DNA from: a virus
Taxonomy: Duplodnaviria > Caudoviricetes
Length of the DNA stretch: 50,437 nucleotides
Virus record (IMG/VR): IMGVR_UViG_3300032112_000026
Span: 1-50,437 of that record
Direction: 5' to 3' (one strand)
How positions within the stretch are numbered: the first letter of the stretch is position 1; every line of letters begins with the position of its first letter. Positions 19,201 to 27,892 of this stretch are shown here, in pieces. The translations under genes and the position numbers were made by a program. Under the pieces are notes generated by a model. The model had not been told where the DNA came from. It saw only the letters and a program-made list of their open reading frames with translations, and searched no databases.

Positions 19201-21065
19201 ATGGAAAGATAATAAATAGTGCTATAAATACAATAGGGCGGACATTTAAGAGAGCAAAAGGAAGTGAACTACCAGTAATATCACCGGTAAGTAATATATT
19301 TTGGCAGAAAGAAGCACTAATAATGAGAGCAATAGAAAATGAAATGCGATTAAGTGTAATAAAAGCAATGAAGGAATTTCCTAATTTATTAGAGTCATTA
19401 TTTAAAATTCAAAGACCTTCTGTAATACCTACTGGGAAAAAGATTTCTGTTGTAGAAGGTATAGAAATAATGGAGAAAAATATCTTTATGCCACAATACC
19501 GACTACGACCTAATGAATTTGGAGTGAAGATTAATGGAAAGCAATATGTAGTTGAAACTACACCAAATTTAGCGGCAACAATAAATAATAGCAATTCGTT
19601 TTGGGGAGGAGGAGCAAATGCTTTTCTTAATACAGTGCGGTTACCTCTATATGTAATGGCACAATTATATACTAAATATTCACCATTATTTATTTTCTGG
19701 CGAAATCCAGTAAGAGATATTCAGACAGCATTGATTAATGCTGGTGTAGAGCGAGTAGAATTGGGAAAGGTAGGAAAAGGATTAAGACAAGATATAGTTA
19801 AACGGATAATGCCAGTTATTGGAGATAAATTACGAAGACGAATATATAATCATTTACAAGGAAAGGAATTTGATAAGGAAGTAGATGAATTTTTACGGTT
19901 TGGTGGGAAGATACAACGATGGTGGCAGAAGGATACTTTACAAGCAGAGAAAAATTTATATCAATTAGAACGAGAAATGAAAAATATAGGTATTGAAAAA
20001 CCTTTAAATGTCATAAGAAATGCTGATAAATTTTTGGAAAATATATCAATGGCGATTGAATTAGTGCCACGATTTGCATTTTATCAAGAGTTAGTAAGTC
20101 GAGGAATGAATAAACAAGTAGCGGCGTTTAAAGCGGCAGATTTGACTTTAGCATTTCATCGGCAGGGAGTAATGTCTCCATTTTTTAAAGCATTTTATTT
20201 ATTTTTTCAGCCTGCAATAGCAGGTGTATCCAAAACAATTCGAGTATTAGCTGCACCTGGGAAAAAACATACAATACCTCCAATGATAGGTCTAATGTTT
20301 TTAGGTTATGGAATGAGACAGTTATCAAAAATTAATTCACAAGAAGGAGATAGAAACTTAAGCCGTTGGCGAAAACAAAATACATTATCAATAGCTATAT
20401 CAGAAGATAAAGGAATTACTTTATTTCCTTTATCATATGAATGGGCATGGTTATATGCTTTAGGGAGCAATATAGCAGATTTACAAGCTGGTGAAGTAAC
20501 TCAAAAACAAGCTATAGAGAATGTATTAATAAGTATAATACAAAATAATATGCCTATAGAGGAAGAATTAGGAGTATTTGCGGTCATGCCATCAGTAACA
20601 AGACCTTTTGTAGAGACAAAGTTAAATCAAGCTTGGTGGGGAGGACGAATACATCCTGATAGATTTCCTCAAGAAGTAAGAAAAAATTATGAATTATATT
20701 GGCAAAAAACTACTAGTAATCAAGCAAAATTTATGGCTCAATTGATGTATGATTTATCGGGAGGATATTTAGATGTATATCCAAATGATTTAGAATATTT
20801 ATTAGCTCAGTATGGTGGGGGACCTGGAAGTTTTCTAAAACAATTAGGGGAAGGAATAGGTGAAGTTATTGAGATAGGAAAACAAAAGAAGAAAATTACT
20901 GAATTTGATATTACAAAGATGCCTTTTATATATAGTTTTTATTATCCTATTCGAGAAAGAGAAAGAGAAAAAGTAATTAAAGAAGGAAGTAGAATGCCTT
21001 TACCACCTGAAATTTTGCAAAGGCAAAGACAAGGAAGGATACCTTTACCTCAAGAATTAAGGTAG
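16257..21065 (+). CDS. Large internal-virion/DNA ejection protein with LPD38-like C-terminal region
   Basis: 1602 aa, helical; RNPVRD, R...Y..L..G.....AA......L.F.R.G and P...P..E...N..W.G..I.P motifs; last gene of the late operon. Confidence 0.7.
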   Translation: MTIFETKFKTKPAQKFLETLKDIKRMIDSGQYSDKDIDRYVIQRGYEPKSFITAAKKLHEATKNISSPIEILEANRQATERGLIKGLTLGFYEPPRTELEKKVLLPGESEAIVNVGELFGVPGGWKALTHIGTITARKVFPKAVSEFYKLPILRKELLKAHTIGQTIGGLAIGEKIKENIEERKPISEGLPESYITGVAFGNLMGALGIPGATRREAKEIIKKRLQQIKQLEKKEEIRPIILKTIEDLKELKEKPIVVETLEDLKKLEEEPKPLEVVATERELILPSEILKKLEKIKEIEGKTERKVELKIGEPLPKSILKDISGTEEYKLKVEKELLQAKQKQKLVEETEALKKLGFDERDIDYMTPKIRAEVIAKQLPSSEIEIIGDPGGIKFWRYKFTPEEKVSVVEELPKKEMKAIGEDKKLVDLGYNEKDIQRLSVEAKNQIITDNISRKDISILSSGEIKIFPPKEIKLKEVPIMEEKPVNVIGIEREILSKTGLSDEEIVKYVRHTKVNGEKLRSYATNVMQGKMNIDEAVNKVKQDYKKIKLVEDKLTIKTKPEISIEDQDIVNFYTNLAQRISKEDFIQAVNEGTGITYRIKDKVYTPKDFKRVIKEDIETFYNKINKKKQERKELLKKVGAKIERKTSRKIEQSIKREQAISTIFKEIMKDLGTITPLGGSLETPELAIARELARKRLVKNVGILVEEAKVKGEDIEEYLVKQGLTKAYIQQLKDLAILQEKEEGKLDINKVILPPEVVERLEVQKIKSIQPTDKRQLNMTLKLGEKVDTTIADDHRILKKLGYEINKIIGEKQPTVEMIYIKADLLRNMKGTQEKIIESQKRDLIQKIIKNDISLVDFDDYLRAKHTPSRNQVMYERAIERGEIEPSKQLSGYSDEWAIAKIKELQAKYKDKFEIIENELFPIIERIGQENLEFAYNPYKFDPLLFSPENKLLTENEYIAIKNIPWTYYAPFYRAIEAELDGKIINSAINTIGRTFKRAKGSELPVISPVSNIFWQKEALIMRAIENEMRLSVIKAMKEFPNLLESLFKIQRPSVIPTGKKISVVEGIEIMEKNIFMPQYRLRPNEFGVKINGKQYVVETTPNLAATINNSNSFWGGGANAFLNTVRLPLYVMAQLYTKYSPLFIFWRNPVRDIQTALINAGVERVELGKVGKGLRQDIVKRIMPVIGDKLRRRIYNHLQGKEFDKEVDEFLRFGGKIQRWWQKDTLQAEKNLYQLEREMKNIGIEKPLNVIRNADKFLENISMAIELVPRFAFYQELVSRGMNKQVAAFKAADLTLAFHRQGVMSPFFKAFYLFFQPAIAGVSKTIRVLAAPGKKHTIPPMIGLMFLGYGMRQLSKINSQEGDRNLSRWRKQNTLSIAISEDKGITLFPLSYEWAWLYALGSNIADLQAGEVTQKQAIENVLISIIQNNMPIEEELGVFAVMPSVTRPFVETKLNQAWWGGRIHPDRFPQEVRKNYELYWQKTTSNQAKFMAQLMYDLSGGYLDVYPNDLEYLLAQYGGGPGSFLKQLGEGIGEVIEIGKQKKKITEFDITKMPFIYSFYYPIREREREKVIKEGSRMPLPPEILQRQRQGRIPLPQELR

Positions 21066-21077
21066 AAGATTAAAAGA

Positions 21078-21359
21078 TTAAAGAACATAATTTTTTTTAT
21101 CTTCTTTTATTACAAGATTATACAATGTATTTATAATTAGTTTAAAGATTTTTTGTCTAGGGATACTTTTTTTTTGTATCCATCCTCTCCAAGTGGCAGA
21201 TGGGATATTAGATGCTTCCATAATATGTTTAGCCCATCTTCCTTTATATCTTTTCTTAAAAAAAGTTACAATTACTTGGACTTTTTTAAATTGAGATTTA
21301 GAAACCCTTCTTTTAATAGAAAAGAAGGGAAATTCCTTATAGTAATACTTTACTTTCAT
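21078..21359 (-). CDS. Basic HTH-like DNA-binding protein
   Basis: HIMEASNIPSATWRGWIQKKSIP is an HTH-like pattern. Confidence 0.5.
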   Translation of the reverse strand: MKVKYYYKEFPFFSIKRRVSKSQFKKVQVIVTFFKKRYKGRWAKHIMEASNIPSATWRGWIQKKSIPRQKIFKLIINTLYNLVIKEDKKNYVL

Positions 21360-21388
21360 ATTAGTTAGTAATAATTTATAAATATTAT

Positions 21389-21613
21389 TTAAAGATAAAT
21401 AATAAAATAATCTTCAGGATTTACTATATCTTTAGAAATCACTCTAACTCCATTAATTATTTTATTTCTATTTTTTTTCCCAATACTTAAGCAGTTATGT
21501 ATCCATTTACATAACTGAGCTTTATCAACTTGAATCATTTCTGCAAATTCTTGTTGTTCAAGTTCATATTTATCTAAAAATTTCAAAAAATTTTTTTTAT
21601 TTAAAAATATCAT
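21389..21613 (-). CDS. XRE-family HTH regulator
   Basis: LEQQEFAEMIQVDKAQLCKWIH. Confidence 0.75.
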   Translation of the reverse strand: MIFLNKKNFLKFLDKYELEQQEFAEMIQVDKAQLCKWIHNCLSIGKKNRNKIINGVRVISKDIVNPEDYFIIYL

Positions 21614-21830
21614 TTTGTGCCTTCAAATCCTCCATCCTAATATTGATGAATAATGAAACTTAATTTAGTTATCCCCATAATAAAACAATTTAAGTTATTA
21701 CATCTACCAAAATTTGTTGGTATATATTCCAAAAGTCTTTCTCTTGTATTTTTTCTTTTAATTCTTTCCATCTTCTATCATATATTTTTCTTATTAATAT
21801 AGATAGTTTTTTTTGTATTTCTTTTGCCTC

Positions 21831-22370
21831 TTAAATTACTTCTAAAAAAAGAGGTAGTTCTTTTATAAAAAACCATTCCCAACTATGGGATTTTCCCTCA
21901 ATTTTTCTTATAAATTCTTGTTTTTCCTTATTAGAAATAGAAGAAGATTTGGAAAGAGAGTCAAATAGAAAAAAATGGGTTGTTTGTAAATATTTAGCAT
22001 ATGTTTGTATATATGTCTTAAATGGAGCGTCACAACTTTCTCTCCATCCTACATAAGTAATAGTGCGATATGCATTTCTGTAATACCATACATATGAGAG
22101 CACCTTTAGAAAATCACTATTAAAGTTAGGAACAAAAAGAGATAAAAATACATTTGAAGTGATTATAGAAAGAGGACTTTTAGCTTGTTGTTTTTGGATA
22201 TATTGATATAACTTTTCTATATTAAGTTCTTTTTTAGAAGAAGAATCTGAAAAATATCTTTCTATTTGATTTTTAATGGTAATTGACTCACAACAACTCC
22301 CAATTAAAAGCTCTTCCCAATCTCTCATTTTTTCCCTCCATTTCCTATTTTTAAAAAGGATTGTGGTCAA
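21831..22370 (-). CDS. Hypothetical protein overlapping the csx3-like gene
   Basis: 179-aa ORF; start uncertain. Confidence 0.5.
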   Translation of the reverse strand: MTTILFKNRKWREKMRDWEELLIGSCCESITIKNQIERYFSDSSSKKELNIEKLYQYIQKQQAKSPLSIITSNVFLSLFVPNFNSDFLKVLSYVWYYRNAYRTITYVGWRESCDAPFKTYIQTYAKYLQTTHFFLFDSLSKSSSISNKEKQEFIRKIEGKSHSWEWFFIKELPLFLEVI

Positions 22371-22593
22371 AAATTGTAATTTCTCCTATTACAGGAGAAG
22401 TGTACTTTAGACTTTTTACTTTTCCATGTATTGCATGAGCTATAACAAGATATAGCCATATAGGAGCTTGTCCTGTAAGGATTATATCATTACTAGAGCC
22501 TATAATTTTATTAACTCTTTTTATATATTGAGGAATATCGCTAATCTTAGCAGTTTCCCCATATAAAGTTTTGATATTAATTGTAATCATCAT
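22351..22593 (-). CDS. csx3: Csx3/Crn3-like protein (cyclic oligoadenylate ring nuclease family)
   Basis: IILTGQAPIWLYLVIAHAIHG...YTSP.IG.I.IFDH aligns with the Csx3 core as I recall it (VVISGRGPIWL..LAH..H...YDPRLG.VVV.SH); RBS AAGGAG. Confidence 0.75.
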   Translation of the reverse strand: MMITINIKTLYGETAKISDIPQYIKRVNKIIGSSNDIILTGQAPIWLYLVIAHAIHGKVKSLKYTSPVIGEITIFDHNPF

Positions 22594-23233
22594 TTTTCAT
22601 CTCCTTCTATATTGTAAAATTTTGTAAGGATAATTAAGGTTTTCTAACATTTTTTCCAATCTTCCCATTTTTGAGTATTATCTAAATAAAATCTTTTTCC
22701 TTCTCTTACTATACTTAAGAAAGTTAAACTTTTTGTTTTCAATTCAAATTGTTTTTGTTGGCTTTCTTTAATTGTCATTTTATTCATCTCCTTTTTTATA
22801 TTATTTTTTATTTTAATCTATCTCACCTTTTTGGGGGAAAGGATGAGAAAAAATCAATATCTTTTCTTCTTGTAGAGGAAAAGTAACTATTGGATGATCA
22901 TAAGAAATAATTTCTATCAATCCATTAGTTTTTGGGTAGATAAAAAGTTTTTCATCTACTCATAAAATAAGGGAGTAAAGATGTTGGAGTTGTCAAAATG
23001 CATGATTGAATAGTTGGATATTCCAATTATATAAAATTTTCAATTGACATCTTTTAGGAAGTTTTTTTCATTCTTCCTTAAAGAATGTTGAAGTTTTAGG
23101 TATTTCTTATAAAGTATTCATTTTATTTATCTTCTCTTAGAAAGTATGGAAAAGTATAAGATATAATTATATAGGAGTTTGTTCTGTTTTCTCTTTTTAA
23201 TTGAGTTGATAGATATTTTTTTCTATTATTACT

Positions 23234-23821
23234 TTAAAAATTAAAATAAGGATAATCTAAGTAAGATCTAATTTTATACTTCCAATTTTGATTAGAATAT
23301 ATTGTTTTTTCCTCTCTTATCCATCCATTCCCATATATAGCAATGGAATTGGAAGAAAAAATCACAACTTTCTCATCAATTAGTGTTAGAATTTCTTCTC
23401 CATATATTGTTACAAACCAAGCTAATGCTCGAGTATCTGATATTTTCCCTTTTAAAAAAGACTTTCCAGAAGATACAATAGCATTTAAGCATAATTCCTT
23501 CCATTTATTCCAAATACCATTATGGAAGATCACTTTTTCTGCCTTCCCTTCTAAATTAGTCTCGACTTGTAAATTAATAGGGAAAGGATGACATAATTCT
23601 TTTGTCACTCCTCCAGAAGTGGCTAGTCTAAAATGAATAATATAAGGGAAAGAGATTTTTTTAGTAATAGTATAAATTTCTTTTGCATTTAATCCCTTTT
23701 TCCATTTTATTTTTTCTTTTTCTCTCCATGCAATTCCTCCTCCATCCTTATTAGTTTTTTCCATTTGTTCTAACTCCTCTAATAAAGGAGCAATTTCTTG
23801 ATAAATACTTATCACACACAT
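23234..23821 (-). CDS. Class II (Ntn) glutamine amidotransferase
   Basis: N-terminal MC; N.DGGGIAW, IIHFRLATSG, CHPF and FHNG. Confidence 0.9.
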   Translation of the reverse strand: MCVISIYQEIAPLLEELEQMEKTNKDGGGIAWREKEKIKWKKGLNAKEIYTITKKISFPYIIHFRLATSGGVTKELCHPFPINLQVETNLEGKAEKVIFHNGIWNKWKELCLNAIVSSGKSFLKGKISDTRALAWFVTIYGEEILTLIDEKVVIFSSNSIAIYGNGWIREEKTIYSNQNWKYKIRSYLDYPYFNF

Positions 23822-23823
23822 TA

Positions 23824-24456
23824 TTATACTACCTCTTCAATTGTAATTTTTTCTTCTTCATTCATTTGAAGAAGAATTTTAATAGATTGTTCTTTTTTAT
23901 TATTATCTAGCCATTCCTTTACTATATCTTGAAGAAAAGAAATAGCTTCAATGGCTATATTTTTCATTTTGAACATAGGTAATAGCCGAAATTCAACCGT
24001 CCCATGTAGTGCATAACAATAATTAATATGTGTATATCGAATAGAACTTTTTTCTTTCTGATCTAACTGTTTTTCTGCTTGATAATTATCTTTACAATAT
24101 GAATTATTTCCTACTAATCGGTTCCAAAATGAAGATAATACAATCTCCTTTTCTTTTCCCCACAAATTGAATTTTTGTTTAAGAAATGTGTGGAAACGGG
24201 GAGTAATAAGTTTAGAATAAAGTAAGTTATTTTTTAAACTTATGTGGATGTGTAATCCACAAGAGTGATTAACTTCATTAGGGTAGTTTTTTTCTACCCA
24301 TTTTATTATTTTTGCATGAGTTAGAGGGGATGAATGTATTTCTCCTTCATATAGCATATTATCAATATTCGTCACTGATCCATCAGCATATAAGCCTATT
24401 GGTTTCTTTTTCCACCCTCCCTCTAACTCAACACCAATTCGATTTATATATTTCAT
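23824..24456 (-). CDS. Amidoligase (COOH-NH2 ligase, Amidoligase_2-like)
   Basis: IGVELE, DGSV, GEIHS.PL, NHSCGLHIHIS, RY..IN and TVEFR. Confidence 0.88.
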   Translation of the reverse strand: MKYINRIGVELEGGWKKKPIGLYADGSVTNIDNMLYEGEIHSSPLTHAKIIKWVEKNYPNEVNHSCGLHIHISLKNNLLYSKLITPRFHTFLKQKFNLWGKEKEIVLSSFWNRLVGNNSYCKDNYQAEKQLDQKEKSSIRYTHINYCYALHGTVEFRLLPMFKMKNIAIEAISFLQDIVKEWLDNNKKEQSIKILLQMNEEEKITIEEVV

Positions 24457-24459
24457 TTT

Positions 24460-24918
24460 TTATCCTTCCATTTCTGATATTTTTATTTCAATTTCAATGG
24501 GTTTGAGATACTTAAGAAAAAACTCTTTCAATCCTTCCTTAATCTGTTGTCCCCACTTCTGAATTTTTTCTGTTGAGAAAACTCCTGGAAATACGATTGT
24601 GATTCCTTTTCCTAATCCAACTGTTCGAAAAATAGAAAAATTAAAATTTCCTTCATAATCTGGGGTTTTATTCCCCCATAAATTTAACTTCCAATTGAAA
24701 TCCCCAAAATGCGAGCCTTCCCAATTATAAAGTCGATAGGCATTCCAATGGGAATAATGGCTTACTAGAAAATCTCCAATTTTGCTTCCAGGAATGTTCT
24801 TGAAGAGTTGTTCAATATCCTTAGATTGACAATATACTTCTAATCCCTCCTTTACCCTTTTCAATTTTACAATTACAAAAGGTTTTTTTGTAATTGTTTC
24901 AACTTGTTTTGTTTCCAT
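24460..24918 (-). CDS. Hypothetical protein co-transcribed with the amidoligase
   Basis: 152 aa; RBS GGGGGTG; 3-nt gap to the amidoligase. Confidence 0.7.
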   Translation of the reverse strand: METKQVETITKKPFVIVKLKRVKEGLEVYCQSKDIEQLFKNIPGSKIGDFLVSHYSHWNAYRLYNWEGSHFGDFNWKLNLWGNKTPDYEGNFNFSIFRTVGLGKGITIVFPGVFSTEKIQKWGQQIKEGLKEFFLKYLKPIEIEIKISEMEG

Positions 24919-24947
24919 TTTATCACCCCCTTTTTATTTTATTTCCA

Positions 24948-24980
24948 TTAGTAATTCATCAAAAATAGATGAATTACTAA
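24948..24980. terminator. 13-bp hairpin
   Basis: TTAGTAATTCATC / GATGAATTACTAA. Confidence 0.5.
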
Positions 24981-25116
24981 CCTTTTGTTTTTCAGTTTCA
25001 TCTAAAATTTGATCTAAAATATTAGACTTTCATTCTAATATTTTAACAATTTTAATGTCAATTTGCCTTATAATTTTTTTACCTTCTTTTTTATATTTTT
25101 AATTTTCTCACCCATT

Positions 25117-25443
25117 TTATTTTATCAAAATACATTCATAAAAGATTTTTTCTAAAATCTTCCATTCCTGACTATTTTGAGAAATGTTTCGATACGCCCC
25201 ATCATACCAGTCTTGATAATAATATGTAATTTGATTGAGAGTATTCTCTAAGTCTGCTTTAAACTCGATATAATCGGCAGGTCCGCCCCAAGATAGCTGA
25301 AGTTTATAAATTTTGTATTCCTCTATCCCTAAAGCATAAGAGTTTATCTGTTCTATTATATCATCTGTTTTTAGAGCTTCTTTAAAATCTTTAATTCGCT
25401 CTTTTAATTCCTTATCAATTTTTTCTTTACAAGTTTTTCTCAT
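25117..25443 (-). CDS. Phage hypothetical protein (LSWGGP motif)
   Basis: QLSWGGPADYIEF...YYYQDWYDGA motif; RBS GGGGGT. Confidence 0.75.
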   Translation of the reverse strand: MRKTCKEKIDKELKERIKDFKEALKTDDIIEQINSYALGIEEYKIYKLQLSWGGPADYIEFKADLENTLNQITYYYQDWYDGAYRNISQNSQEWKILEKIFYECILIK

Positions 25444-25613
25444 CTTTTTTACCCCCCTTTTTATATTTTTTGTTAAAACTTATAAGAGTAAATTGTTACT
25501 CTTCTATTTCTATAATAACCCATTCTCCTTTATCCTCATCATAATATATTTCTGTTACTTCCATTTTTTTCACACCCTTATCCTACCTACCCTTCCCTAT
25601 ACTATATTTTTTT

Positions 25614-25820
25614 CTACCTCTTCGTTTTTTCAACAAGTCTAATACTTTCTTTTCCATCTTTATGTTTCCAACCACATGCGAAAGGATCGTTATAAGAATA
25701 GTATCTTCCTTTGTAATACATACCTGTTTTCCATAGTTTTTCAGCTTCCAATGTGGAAATATTGGCTATTTCTACATATCGTGAATTGGGAAGATCTCCT
25801 TCCTTTTCGTATATCGTCAT
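25614..25820 (-). CDS. Small early protein
   Basis: RBS GAGGT; 68 aa. Confidence 0.6.
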   Translation of the reverse strand: MTIYEKEGDLPNSRYVEIANISTLEAEKLWKTGMYYKGRYYSYNDPFACGWKHKDGKESIRLVEKTKR

Positions 25821-25880
25821 TTTTTATTACCCTCTTTTCTTTTTTTATTTTGATTCCTATCCACTCACCCACTTAATTAA

Positions 25881-26186
25881 CTATTGAATTGTTAAATAAG
25901 CTCGAATTTGTGAATCCATATACTTTTTACACCGACAATTTTTATCGATCTCAAGCTTGCAGAACCCTATTCTTTTGATCTTCACAATATTTTTGATATT
26001 GTGAATTGTATGTAATACTTTTTCTAAATCACCCATTAATCTAAGTTGAATATCTATATCATTATTTTTGACGTTTTTTGCTTTTAAGAGAATTTCTTTT
26101 TCATATGCAGTGATATTTTGTCGTTCCGCAAACAGTGTTTTTGAACCGTTAAGTTCATTACCTTTGAAAAAATCCGATAAATTCAT
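25881..26186 (-). CDS. Small early protein
   Basis: RBS GGGGTG; 101 aa. Confidence 0.6.
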   Translation of the reverse strand: MNLSDFFKGNELNGSKTLFAERQNITAYEKEILLKAKNVKNNDIDIQLRLMGDLEKVLHTIHNIKNIVKIKRIGFCKLEIDKNCRCKKYMDSQIRAYLTIQ

Positions 26187-26302
26187 TTTTTTATCACCCC
26201 TTTCTTATTTCCTTCCCACCCACCCACCCATTATAATATATTTCTATTACTTTCATTTTTTTCATTCCCTTTTTTATATTTTTAATTCCCATCTATCTAA
26301 CT

Positions 26303-26608
26303 CTAAATTGCTCTTTTGCTAAACTGAGGACAATGATATGTCCAATTATTTATATTTTGACTCTGATTATATTGACAGTAATGAGAGTCAGGAGCATCTG
26401 TTTTATATCCACAATCACATTCCCACCATTTTTCTATATCTACCTCTTTATATATTGTTTTTGTTTTTTCAACTAATTTGCCTATTGTTTCACCTATATC
26501 GCAGTTTTCACAATAATATCCTCTTCCACCTGCATCTCCTGCGATATATTCCATTTCGTTATCGCATTGAGGACAACAATATATTAAGATTGTTGTTGCT
26601 AATTTCAT
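26303..26608 (-). CDS. Cys-rich zinc-ribbon protein, first gene of the leftward operon
   Basis: CPQC, CENC, CDCG and HYC/HCP motifs; the second Met has RBS GGGGTG. Confidence 0.65.
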   Translation of the reverse strand: MKLATTILIYCCPQCDNEMEYIAGDAGGRGYYCENCDIGETIGKLVEKTKTIYKEVDIEKWWECDCGYKTDAPDSHYCQYNQSQNINNWTYHCPQFSKRAI

Positions 26609-26640
26609 TTTTTTCACCCCCTTTCCTTTTTTCATTTTGT

Positions 26641-26669
26641 ATTATATCATAATTGTCATTTTTTGTCAA
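26641..26669 (-). promoter_or_regulatory. Consensus sigma70 promoter for the leftward early operon
   Basis: TTGACA-N17-TATAAT with extended -10 TG on the minus strand. Confidence 0.85.
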
Positions 26670-27207
26670 CTAAAATTTTTATCCTTTTTTTATTTTTTTT
26701 CTAACTTCTTATTCCTTAATATGTTATATCTTATCACTTTTTTCTTTTCTTTTCTTTTCTCGTCTATACTTTTCTTTTCTTTTCTTTATAAGATAAGAAA
26801 AATAAAGAAAAGATAATTTTTGCTTTATGTAACTTATTATTTTTCAATAATTTACGAATATTCTTTAAAGTTTATCTTTAAGGAATATAATATAAATATA
26901 GGGATATAAGGTAAAGATAAAATATATACAAATAAAATTTCATAATATGGTATATGGGTATATGGGTATATATAACATAGTAACTTATTATACTATAGCA
27001 GCTATATAGTATAGCTACTATAGTATATAGCTACTTATATATATAGCTTACTTAGGTATAGAATGATAATAAACCTATATATATAGTAATACCCAAGTTA
27101 GAAAAAACTAATTTTGCACCAACCTGATTACCGCCCTTTTTTGCCTTAAAAAATTAACTTATTACAGATAAGAATAAGAGGGGAAAGGGGAATAGGGAGG
27201 ATGGGGG

Positions 27208-27552
27208 TTAGGGGGAGAGAAGAAGGGGATCGGGAGGGAGAGAGGTAGGGGAGATATATTTAGAGAAGAGGAGTTTATGGGGAAAATTAGGAGAGCAGCG
27301 TTTAGAGAGGTATTTTTTAGGGATACGGGAGTAAGTAGTAAAGAAGTTAATGACATCGATAACAGAAGTAGAGGGGATAATACCTGAATGGACCCAATTA
27401 CGGACAGTAATATAGGAGATATTAGGGTTAACAGATTGAATAAGTTGGTGGATAGCATTAATTTTAAAGTTATCATTAAGTTGGACTTTACGTATTCGGC
27501 GAGGGAGGCGGGGGATAGGGTTTTTATTTTTAAAAGAGATAGAATTAGACAT
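27208..27552 (-). CDS. Putative HTH repressor, near-leaderless
   Basis: NISYITVRNWVHSGIIPS is HTH-like; promoter 27562-27590 lies 9 nt upstream; Pro-rich tail overlaps the G-tracts. Confidence 0.5.
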   Translation of the reverse strand: MSNSISFKNKNPIPRLPRRIRKVQLNDNFKINAIHQLIQSVNPNISYITVRNWVHSGIIPSTSVIDVINFFTTYSRIPKKYLSKRCSPNFPHKLLFSKYISPTSLPPDPLLLSP

Positions 27553-27561
27553 AATATAGGT

Positions 27562-27590
27562 ATAATAGCATAAATAAAGAAAAAAGTCAA
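27562..27590 (-). promoter_or_regulatory. Leftward promoter (PRM-like)
   Basis: TTGACT-N17-TATTAT. Confidence 0.65.
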
Positions 27591-27610
27591 GAAAAAATAT
27601 AAAAAAATAC

Positions 27611-27639
27611 TTGACAAAATATTTAAAATATAATATAAT
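27611..27639 (+). promoter_or_regulatory. Rightward consensus promoter
   Basis: TTGACA-N17-TATAAT, back-to-back with 27562-27590. Confidence 0.85.
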
Positions 27640-27680
27640 TATCTTAAAAAGATAAAAGTAAGAAGAAGGAGGTAAATAAC

Positions 27681-27881
27681 TTGGCTAAAAAAGGAAAAAT
27701 AAAAGAGAAAAAAGTAGATTTAACTTCAACAGATAATGCTCATATTTGGGCTGATGAGTGGTTAAAAGCTATTAAAAAAAATCCTACAATTCCTTATAGC
27801 AGAGATACAATGATAGGATGGTTTGCTAATAGTATTATGGTAGGCTATGATTTAGGTATGAAGCAGAAATGTAAGAAGTAA
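27681..27881 (+). CDS. Phage hypothetical protein
   Basis: RBS AAGGAGGT; DNAHIWADEW...MIGWFANSIM.GYD motif. Confidence 0.7.
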   Translation: MAKKGKIKEKKVDLTSTDNAHIWADEWLKAIKKNPTIPYSRDTMIGWFANSIMVGYDLGMKQKCKK

Positions 27882-27892
27882 CTTACTTATAA

